A stretch of DNA of 64,000 nt, taken from positions 434,001 through 498,000 of the forward strand of contig BROI01000022.1 of NCBI GenBank assembly GCA_027923505.1. The letters run 5' to 3'. This stretch comes from Mayamaea pseudoterrestris (Eukaryota). The notes under the pieces were generated by a model. That model made no database searches. It was given only the letters and a program-made list of their open reading frames with translations, and was not told the origin of the DNA. The position numbers and the translations under genes were made by a program. Below are positions 1 through 8,957 of this stretch, one piece after another; within the stretch, counting starts at the first letter, position 1, and each line of letters opens with the position of its first letter.

Positions 1-306
1 GTCATTTCCTTCATCAAGATTTTTTGTAACTGTAGGTACAACGTTACGAGGCGGAGGTAGGGAGAGGGATGCCATGGTGATATTGATCGTGGGCAAACTA
101 TAGAAACCACATGGCAGCGCAGCAGCGCTACGATGGCTCAGGCGTGACGCGAAACGATTGGTGTGTCGCATCGATTCTCGTTCACCGGTACGTGGATCAA
201 GTATCATATCGCACCGGCACTCTTATCAGGCGTTCCATCGCAGCGTCCATTCGATCCTCCGAGCTTCGTCCATTGTCCTCCTTCTTTCATCACTTTTTTT
301 TTCGTC

Positions 307-1677
307 ATGACAAGCCCTGTCACAGTCCATCTACTAATAACCAGTGACGAGGATGCTCTCTATGCGAAGCAAGTGAGCGAGATTCTGGACGAGCGATTCA
401 AAATCCGACGCGTCTTGGTGCGATCCGCCGACGCTCCCTTCGGTCGACTGGTGGAAGACACGCCACTTGCATGCCTCTACGTTGTTTTGGGCGAGTCGAC
501 GCTAATTATTGCAGCATTGGAACGAGAGATTCCACATCCTGTCATTAAATTATCATTAACGAAGAATGCGTTCGAGACTGCCTTGACCATTGCCAAGCAT
601 TGCTCACTGGCCGGTGGAAATCTCTGCACTGTTGTTTCCGACGCCGTGCGCCAGCAACATCAAGCTCGCCTCGTGAAGGACGCGCAACATAAAACGCAGT
701 CGCACTACTACATGTCAAACATTCATCGCGTCATAGACGGACATACACAAATTACTGGAGACAGCGTCACTATGGACGGTTGCATGCGCGGCAAGGTGCG
801 CGACCGCTACGTGGGCGAAACGACCATGGCACTGGTGACGACGGATCGACAGTCCGGCTTTGATCGCCACTTGGCGCACGTTCCCTTTAAAGGTGCGGTT
901 TTGAACTTGACGAGCGCCTACTGGTTTGATGCGACCAAGCATATTATAGCAAACCACTTGTTGAATGTGCCGCATCCATATGTCAGCATTGTGCGCAAGT
1001 GCAAACCCTTTCCCATTGAATTCGTGGTGCGGGCCTACATGACGGGATCCACTTCGACGTCTATTTGGAAGAATTATGAAAGCGGCGTCCGCAACTACTG
1101 CGGGCACACGCTAGTGGATGGCATGATTAAGAACCAAAAGTTAAATCACGTCATTTTGACGCCCACCACCAAGGAGGAGGAGCATGATCGGCCGATTAGT
1201 TTGGTAGATATTGTGAAGGAGAATTGGATGTCGCAGGAGGATCTGGACGTTTGCGCCGAGGCGGCGTTGAAGGTGTTTGCGCTGGGGCAATCGGTGGCCT
1301 CCGAACGTGGACTCATATTGGTGGACACCAAGTTTGAGTTTGGCCGCGACGTTGCCACGGGAGAAATTTTACTCATTGACGAGGTGTTGACGCCAGACTC
1401 GTCGCGATACTGGCTGGGTAGTACGTACGAGGAACGAATCTCCGAAGGACTGGAGCCGGACAATATTGACAAGGAGTTTCTGCGGCTCTGGTTTCGAGAC
1501 AATTGTGATCCTTACGATACGAATGTGGAATTGCCCGAAGCGCCGAGGGAATTGGTCGTGGAGCTGGCGAGACGATACATTACGTTGTATGAAATGATTA
1601 CTTGGAAAACGTTTGACTTTGACGCCGTCGAAGGAGAATCAGCTATATCCGCGGCAATACAAAAGCATCTATCGTAG
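307..1677 (+). CDS. purC: SAICAR synthase (plant/bacterial-type PurC) with N-terminal degenerate PurE-like domain
   Basis: Motifs GKVRD, TTDRQSGFD, PIEFVVRAY, DTKFEFG, DEVLTPDSSRYW, DKEFLRLWF; first in-frame ATG at 307 (MTSPVTV). Confidence 0.92.
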   Translation: MTSPVTVHLLITSDEDALYAKQVSEILDERFKIRRVLVRSADAPFGRLVEDTPLACLYVVLGESTLIIAALEREIPHPVIKLSLTKNAFETALTIAKHCSLAGGNLCTVVSDAVRQQHQARLVKDAQHKTQSHYYMSNIHRVIDGHTQITGDSVTMDGCMRGKVRDRYVGETTMALVTTDRQSGFDRHLAHVPFKGAVLNLTSAYWFDATKHIIANHLLNVPHPYVSIVRKCKPFPIEFVVRAYMTGSTSTSIWKNYESGVRNYCGHTLVDGMIKNQKLNHVILTPTTKEEEHDRPISLVDIVKENWMSQEDLDVCAEAALKVFALGQSVASERGLILVDTKFEFGRDVATGEILLIDEVLTPDSSRYWLGSTYEERISEGLEPDNIDKEFLRLWFRDNCDPYDTNVELPEAPRELVVELARRYITLYEMITWKTFDFDAVEGESAISAAIQKHLS

Positions 1678-1830
1678 ACAAGCAATGCTTTAAACTCGTT
1701 TTATATAGTTTATAGCGACGCATCTTAGCGTTAGCACAGGCTGTTAGCACTGCACATACTTATAGCAGCTGATAATGAGCTTCTAAAAAGCTGCTATCTC
1801 TGATAGATACATGTGGCCCCAGAGCTTGCG

Positions 1831-3227
1831 CTATATCCCAAGCACCTTCTCACTCAGCTCCCACAGTTTCTGTGCCTTCACATCATCTTGCGCCTCCTTG
1901 CTAACATTACTCAACGCAAACTCTCGACCGTACGCCGCATCTCCATACTTGCCTGATCCAGGTTTGGCCAAGTAGTACCCTCCCTTGGTGTCGACACTGC
2001 TCGTGTAAACGAGCGCGCCACCTCCCCACTCCTGGGTTTCACCAACCTTGATCAAGTCCGTGGCAACAAGGTCAAAGAGTTTGGTAAAGACTGGATTCTG
2101 ATCGCGAAAGAGACCACTGCCGACAATGAGACCTGGACTGTAGCAGTTCACGGCGATGTTGTTGCTCGCATTGGCGTCGAGTCGTCGTTGGAGCTCTCGC
2201 GTGAATAAAACGTTGCAGAGCTGACAATCAAAGAAATAATTAAGTGAGCGACAGCATGCAACGGAAATTCCTGTCAACCCCATGCCTACAAACAACATAC
2301 CTTGCTGTCCTTGTATGCCTTGTCGGCGTTAAAGGCACCTCCATCGAGCATTTCGCATTCGCGCCCCAGAGTCTCGAGCCCCATCAAGCTTCCCAAGGAC
2401 GCCGTTGCACCTTGCGCTCCTCCGGGACTCTCTGGATCATGTACGCCACTCGCTGTGACTGTAATGTGAGCATTCTTGTCAAGCAATGCCTTGGTCTGAA
2501 TCAAATGGTTCAAGTAAAAGTGACCAAAATGATTAGTGCCGACTGTAAAAAAGTAAAGAAAAGGATAGCAGAGTTAGTTGCAGCAGTCAGTCATATCAAC
2601 CATAGATTCCATCCTAAACGTACCCGTTAATTCAAAGCCATCCGCCGTTCTGGCGCAATCTTTGGCATCCACGTTGCGAGAAAGGCCCGCATTGAGACAA
2701 AGCCGATCAATCTTGCCTCCATCGCCTAACAAACGCGGCAGCTCGACGCCAAAGGCACGAATCGACGCCAGACTCGCCAAGTCACATTCCGCGGCCACCA
2801 AGTTGCTGCCGCCTCCCAGTTTCGCCATGGCATCCATGGCCTTGCTCTTGGTGCGACATGCTAGAACGATGCGATGGTTGAGTGCCGACAAGCGCTTGCA
2901 GGCTTCGAAACCAATCCCAGAATTGGCGCCAGTCACGACAAAGGTGAGCGGCGTCTGGCTGCTGCTGCTAGCGAAAGATTCTTCTGCAGCAGCAGCAAAG
3001 GCTGGATGATTTTGGCCAAGCAAGAGGGTCGACAAGGCCAATCCTGATGCTTGCGTCAAAAGATCGCGACGGCTTCCATTGCTTTCGTTTGCAACGGGCT
3101 CCGCGTAACAGCGAGTCAATTCGTTGACATTGTCAGTGTGCATGACAGGACGTTTCTGTGCCTGGAATGATGCGACATGTTGGATCGAGAGCGAGAAGAC
3201 GACAATGGGAGACGTGACGATCTTCAT
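1831..3227 (-). CDS. Protochlorophyllide oxidoreductase-like SDR, plastid-targeted; exons 3227-2624, 2542-2301, 2220-1831
   Basis: TGANSGIG Rossmann motif, NAG, GTNHFGHF after splicing, catalytic AYKDSK, GLFR; GT-AG introns 2623-2543 and 2300-2221 join three ORFs in frame; signal peptide with VAS-F. Confidence 0.85.
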
Positions 3228-3377
3228 GGTGGCGACGGTCGAAATTGTGATGCGGTTCGAAGTTCGTGCAAGAGAGTGTCGTACCGGCTATGATCTTGCT
3301 GCCCCATCAGCTAGCGGTACTTTACTTATACTACGTAGACAACATCATGTAACTATTTGATGACTCATTCCTGACTA

Positions 3378-3782
3378 CCGTCAAGTTGAAAAGTCGTCGG
3401 TTGAACTTCACATAAAATGAATATCGCCAAATGACCATCATTCACATCAACTATTATTGCCCTTGTGATATGAATTATGCTTTGAAAGTATTGCAAAATT
3501 GTCTTATGGGTCCCGTAGAGAGAGACGAGGTGCCACGTAGCCACGTAGGTTTAGTACCGCGCGCGCGAGCCGGCTTTTTCGACGCCGCCTTCTTCCGCGG
3601 GTTGGCAGGATTACTCCGCGGGACCAGGCTTGTTTAACACAAAATAAAGATGCAGAGACGATAAAACATATATTGAAGTATCGTATCTACTAGTCAGATC
3701 ATTGATTCGATGTTTATTACTCGAGAATAAAGGGTGCCAACCAGCGGACGACCACTCGTCGTCGGACTTTTCAACTTGACGG
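3378..3782. mobile_element. MITE-like non-autonomous DNA transposon (Tc1/mariner-type TA duplication)
   Basis: Perfect 18-bp terminal inverted repeats CCGTCAAGTTGAAAAGTC (3378-3395) and GACTTTTCAACTTGACGG (3765-3782), each flanked externally by TA; no transposase inside. Confidence 0.7.
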
Positions 3783-3875
3783 TATATTTTCTTAATAGGA
3801 GGCTGGAGGCGCCTGTGGAGCTGCTGGCTGCCTCTCGTCCAGTGCTCTCTTGATAAATGTGGTATCTTGTTGCTT

Positions 3876-5215
3876 GGTTCGCTTGGTGCGTTGCTGTACG
3901 CTCTGGAACTTTGTCGCTCATGTGCGGCATTGTTTTGAGTTTGTATTCTCTCCTGATATCGTCTGGTTCGCTTGGTGCGTTGCTGTACGCTCTAGAACTT
4001 TGTCGCCCATGTGCGACGTTGTTTCGCGTTTGTACTCTCTCTCGATATCGTCTTCGTGTGTCATTTGTTGGTCTTTCGTGTTGTCTTCGTGTGTCATCTG
4101 TCGGTCTTTGGTGTCATCTTCGTGTGTCATTTGTCGATGGTCATCGTTCGAGTTTTAATCCTGTCTCGATATCGTCTTCATGTGTCTGTTTGTCGGTCTT
4201 TGGTGTCGTCTTTGTGTGTCATTTGTCGGTGGTCATCTTTCGATTTACTTCTGTCTCGATATCGTCTTCATGTGTTGCTTGTCGGTCTCTGGTGTCGTCT
4301 TCGTGTGTCATTTGTCGGTAGTCATCTTTGGAGCTTGTATTCTCGTCGTCGTGTGTCAATTGTTGGTAGTCATCTTTGGAGCTTGTATTCTTGGCTTCGT
4401 GTGTCATTTGTCGGTGGTTGGTAATCATCGTTTGAGTTTGTATTCTCGTCTTTGTGTGTCATTTGTCGGTGGTCGGTGGTCATCTTTCAAGTTTGTATTC
4501 TCGTCTTTGTGTGTCATTGTTGGTAGTCGGTAGTCATCTTTGGAGCTTGTATTCTCGTCGTTGTGTGTCATTTGTTGGTAGTCATCTTTTGAGTTGTATT
4601 CTCGTCTTCGTGTGTCATTTGTCGGTAGTCGGTAGTCATCGTTCGAGTTTGTATTCTCGTCTTTGTGTCATTTGTCGGTAGTCAGTAGTCATCTTTCAAG
4701 TTTGTATTCTCGTCTTCGTGTGTCAATTGTCGATAGTCGTTAGTCGGTAGTCATCTTTCGAGTTTGTATTCTCGTGTCGGTTGTCGGTAGTCATCTTTCG
4801 AGTTTGTATTCTCGTCTTCGTGTGTCATTTGTCGGTTGCCGGTAGTCATCTTCTTTCGAGTTTGTATTCTCGTCTTCGTGTCGTCTTTCCTCTTCATGTC
4901 TCGTGTGTCATTTGTCGGTAGTCATCTTTTTCGAGTTAGTATTCTCGTCTTCGTGTGTCATTTGTCGGTAGTCGTTAGTCGTCTTTCGAGTTTGAATTAT
5001 CGTGTCGGTAGTCGGTAGTCATCGTTCGAGTTTGTATTCTCATCTCCGTGCGTCATTTTATCGGTAGTCATCTTTCGAGTTTGTCGTCTCGTCTTCGGGT
5101 GTCAATTGATGGTAGTCATCTTTCGAGTTTGTATTCTCATCTTCGTGTCGTATTCTCGTCTTCGTGCTTCGTGTCGTCTTCATGTCTCGTGTGTCATATG
5201 TCGGTCTTTGTTGTC
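3876..5215. repeat. Compound minisatellite array: two 89-bp units, then ~30-bp and ~48-bp units with variable 7-bp CGGTAGT inserts
   Basis: 89-bp period (copies start at 3876 and 3965); recurring TCGTGTGTCATTTGTCGGTAGTCATCTTTCGAGTTTGTATTCTCGTCT; strongly T/G-rich on the + strand. Right boundary approximate. Confidence 0.9.
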
Positions 5216-5433
5216 ACTCTGCGTCTTTCGTGCTGGGCCTCTAAATTGTTGCTTGTAATATTCGTCGTGGTACTTGCCGTACGTTTGCGTGGTCATCAAT
5301 GTTGTAATCATCGTATGGCACCATCGTCGTCATCCGTGGAATCGTCGTCATGCGGTGTCTGAAATCTCCCTTCAGCCTGCGGTTCCATTATGTAATGGTA
5401 AAAAGAGTCACATTGCTCATCCATAACTGTAGG

Positions 5434-5811
5434 TTAGTCTTTAAACCAGATGTCATTCACATGATCGTATCGATATATGTCATGAATGTGGTCATTGAAT
5501 GTTTCAACATCATTGTCATCCGTGTCGTTGGCATCGTACGCACCATTTTCGTCATTCTCATCATTGTAGGATTGTGTCGCTTGGAGTCTTCCTTTGCATG
5601 CCTTTTCATTTGCTTCTCTTTGTCGCTCTTTTGATGCTATTTTCATTGCAAGAAATTGGTCGTGCTCGTCGTTGCTGTCGCCACTCGCCGGCATGCCGAG
5701 CAAGTGAATGGTCGTAGCGTCGCCATCTATTTCCTGTGCTGTTTGATCGATGTAAGTCTCGTTTTTCCTGTCAAGTACTGCCTCTCCTCTTATGTTTATG
5801 TCTTCTGCCAT
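5434..5811 (-). pseudogene. Acidic ORF leading into the minisatellite; possible 5' remnant of a decayed repeat-protein gene
   Basis: 125-aa D/E/N-rich ORF with an ATG start, same strand as the QMTHED-type repeat ORF fragments downstream; no recognisable homology. Confidence 0.25.
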
Positions 5812-6136
5812 ATTGGCAGTGTCCAGTTGATCCCGCCGGTTTTATTTGTTGTAGTATTTGAAGAACTCTCTACGTGAAGAGCTACGCGTTTTTCGTACTG
5901 CGGTTGTTAGGGTCCAATTCCAAGTACGAACGTGAAATTGTGAGGGGGAACTGGCGACGACAAACGGATCTTTACTTGGCAGTTCACGTTTAAATCCTGT
6001 CCTTGTTAGCTAGGCTATCTACTTTGACGTTACTAAGTGAATAGCTCGTGTTACTTTCAATGCAGAACTGCAATCGCGCATCGGCTCGAGTCCACCAACA
6101 TCATCTTGCTGACAGTAGAGCCCACATGCAATACAC

Positions 6137-7357
6137 TTATTCCCCATCACTCAGCCGCTCCGCCACCCGCAAGGTGGCACTCCTCGCCCTCGAGTTGATT
6201 TCCACTTCCTCCTTGGTTGCCTTGCGCTTTTTACCAACTGGTCGAAAGGGTTTGGCGGGTCCATTGTAGTTGCCGTACATGTCTTTTGGAACGTGCACCA
6301 CCTTGCCAATGCAACCGTCGCGCATGACGCGCTTGACGATGCGGTCCTCCAAACTGTGATAGCTCAGTACGGCGACTACACCGCTCCCTGGTTTCAGAAT
6401 GGCTGGCGCCATGGTCAGCATGGCTTGCTCCAACATGCTCAATTCCTGGTTGACGGAAATGCGCAAGGCGCTAAAGACGCGCGCCAAGGTGGCCTGTCGA
6501 CCTTTTCGACGACTGGCGGCGTGAAAGACGGGCACCACGCTGGACACGGCCTGCACCAAGTCACTCGTCTGCACCAATGGCCGGTGCTCGACAATGGCTT
6601 GAGCAATGGCTTTGGCGCGAGGTTCGTCGGCGTAGCGTGTCAACAAACGCTGAATTTCGACTTGGTCAAACTCGTTGCAAATGTGTGCGGCGGTGAGTGA
6701 CGATGATGGTGCAAAGATGCTGCTGCTGATGGGTGTTTTTGCGTTCATGCGCATGTCGAGCGGGCCGTCCTGCTGGAACGAAAAGCCTCGGTCGGCCGAG
6801 TCAATCTGATGCGAACTGACACCTAGATCTAGCAGCAAGCCGTCTATTCTACCCATGTATTCTGCTGGAAGTGCTTGATGTAGATTTGCAAAGTTGGATT
6901 GTATCGTTTGAAACGTAGGAAGGTCACTAGAGTCAGCAGCATCATTGTCAGTCGTTGTCATGTACTTTTGTAGCCGCTCACTCGCCGTTGCGAGCGCCTG
7001 CGAGTCAACGTCGCATCCAATCAGTAAATCTCCAGGTTTTAGTTGCTGCAGCAACGCTTCCGCATGTCCGCCGCCTCCCAGTGTTCCGTCGACGAAAATG
7101 CGAGGTTCGGTTTTTGATGACGATGACGTGATCAATGCATCAATACATTCCTTCCACATGACTGGAGTATGATATGTAGATGCAAAAGAACATGGCTCAT
7201 CGTCATTGTTGTGGACTTGCGTTTGATTGGTGGCAGCCGTCGATAATGAACTGCTGCTGCTGTATGCCGACAGCTCGTGTCGAAGAGTTGCTGTTCGTCG
7301 TCGAGACAAGTGCAGAAACGACGTGCATAACGAGACTGATGGGATCACGAACCGCAT
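6137..7357 (-). CDS. rsmH: 16S rRNA (cytosine-N4) methyltransferase RsmH/MraW, organellar
   Basis: HTPVM, VDGTLGGGGH, LDLGVSSHQ, RGFSF, GPLDMRM, ALRISVNQEL, SYHSLEDRIVK, NSRARSATLR; likely start MRFVIP at 7357. Confidence 0.93.
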   Translation of the reverse strand: MRFVIPSVSLCTSFLHLSRRRTATLRHELSAYSSSSSLSTAATNQTQVHNNDDEPCSFASTYHTPVMWKECIDALITSSSSKTEPRIFVDGTLGGGGHAEALLQQLKPGDLLIGCDVDSQALATASERLQKYMTTTDNDAADSSDLPTFQTIQSNFANLHQALPAEYMGRIDGLLLDLGVSSHQIDSADRGFSFQQDGPLDMRMNAKTPISSSIFAPSSSLTAAHICNEFDQVEIQRLLTRYADEPRAKAIAQAIVEHRPLVQTSDLVQAVSSVVPVFHAASRRKGRQATLARVFSALRISVNQELSMLEQAMLTMAPAILKPGSGVVAVLSYHSLEDRIVKRVMRDGCIGKVVHVPKDMYGNYNGPAKPFRPVGKKRKATKEEVEINSRARSATLRVAERLSDGE

Positions 7358-7595
7358 GAGAGTTTTAATGTTAGTGATAGCTGCTGCTAGGATCAGGGTG
7401 TTGCCCGTTGGCGAGATGTATAGTAGTCGACTGACAAAAAATGAACGAAGAATGAACTCGTCGTGATGGATGGAGGAGCGAATTGTGAATACCGCTGCGA
7501 CAAATAAATTCATTCATGTCGTCGCGCGCCATCATCAATCGTCGTCCGTGTCATGCAGAAGGAGAACTGAAATCACACTCGAGGCACAAAACATT

Positions 7596-8507
7596 ATGGG
7601 TCAATCCACGTCCAAAGCCGTCGCTCGAGTATCTACTCGCGTCACCAATTCGCTTCAAAAGCAGCAGCAAGCAGCTGCAACAAGTCGAGGACCCGACCCC
7701 ATGACCGGTTTCACCCGCGGCCAAGGACCAGCCGACGCGCGCGACGCGCAGCAGCAAGCCTTTCTGCAGTCGCAGCAGCCGCCAGTGCCGCACCAAAACA
7801 TGCCGGCCGATTTGCTGCAATTCTTGAACGACGCTGGGCCATTGAAACGAGACGACGAAGCATCTGCTGCTGATGCTGCGTCGAGGAATAACAGCAACCA
7901 AAAGCGACTACCCAAAATACCAGGACTAACTCTGCAAGATTCATCAACATCAGCAACAGCTACTACAAATAGCATTTCCTCTACTACATCATCATCTCCT
8001 CACTCGGATCCGACGCGGACGCGCCAAGTCATGCCGCTCATGAGCAGTCTCAAGGAGTTTGGAACGGAACGAACCACGAGCTTTTCGCACAAGGCTGACG
8101 TGAGGGATCCTCGCGACTTGGGGTTGGATATTTTGGACATTTATAAACTACTGACACTAGAAAATAATGGTAATGGTATTAACGGAGATGATGGGGACGA
8201 AACCATTGCTGTCAAACAGTTTCACGAACGGCAACTACAAGAAAAAGACGCTGGCGTCACGTGGACCGAGACGGAGCGCCGCGACCATGAGCTACTGCTG
8301 CAGCGAACCAGGCAATACTTGGAGGCACCAATTCTGCTAAAGGACGACGACGATTCCTACGTTGGAGCGTTTGCGCGTGATTTGGAGCGACTGCAAGGAA
8401 TGAGGCTGCAGCGCATGGACAAGGCAACCGTCAAACTAGTACTCGAGGATTTGATTGACACGGAAAAAGCAGAAGAATTATCAATGGATCAGAGAGTACT
8501 TTCATAG
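7596..8507 (+). CDS. Hypothetical protein with putative N-myristoylation motif (MGQSTSK)
   Basis: Long open ORF divergent from rsmH; MGxxxS at ATG 7596. Confidence 0.65.
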   Translation: MGQSTSKAVARVSTRVTNSLQKQQQAAATSRGPDPMTGFTRGQGPADARDAQQQAFLQSQQPPVPHQNMPADLLQFLNDAGPLKRDDEASAADAASRNNSNQKRLPKIPGLTLQDSSTSATATTNSISSTTSSSPHSDPTRTRQVMPLMSSLKEFGTERTTSFSHKADVRDPRDLGLDILDIYKLLTLENNGNGINGDDGDETIAVKQFHERQLQEKDAGVTWTETERRDHELLLQRTRQYLEAPILLKDDDDSYVGAFARDLERLQGMRLQRMDKATVKLVLEDLIDTEKAEELSMDQRVLS

Positions 8508-8957
8508 ATAAGTGGTCAAACGTTTGGTAGCATGAGCATCTACATTTTTACATGACATCGGTTGGCTTGTTCGGATTTGATGGCTTTTAATTTCCTCTCC
8601 AGTCGCTCCTGCTACAAGCTAAACCTTTAAACTTACAAGCATCCAGAGTATTATGAATGTTAGTGAGAGGAAGTAAGGATGACCACGCTGGCAGATAAAA
8701 GACGAGTACAAAAATGTTACTGCAGCAACTACTACGTAGTACCGCGTGTCACGCATTAGGTGAAGCGACGAATGCCGAGTGTCTCATGCGACACATTTGC
8801 ATTACTGAAAACGCGCCTGTCTGTCATCCGTATCACTCGCAACCAAGCAAAACCTTCGTTCTTCGTTTTGTTCCGTCATCTTTTTCCTTTCCTGCATCCG
8901 GCCAAGCAGGATCATTATTCTCGACAACTCGTTGTATCAGCTTATTTGTAAGCAAGC

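Noticed and set aside
163..306. N-terminal extension of the PurC ORF
   Set aside because: Begins at a non-ATG codon and reads like 5' UTR; ATG 307 is preferred.
3530..3700. Helitron 3' end (GC hairpin plus CTRR)
   Set aside because: No clean hairpin at the right distance from a CTAG, and no matching 5' end or Rep/helicase sequence.
3876..5215. CRISPR-like array
   Set aside because: Units are contiguous degenerate tandem repeats with no unique spacers, there are no cas genes, and the context is eukaryotic.
3850..5362. Many hydrophobic Cys/Val/Ser-rich + strand ORFs
   Set aside because: Artefacts of the T/G-rich repeat; they overlap in all frames and have no credible domain.
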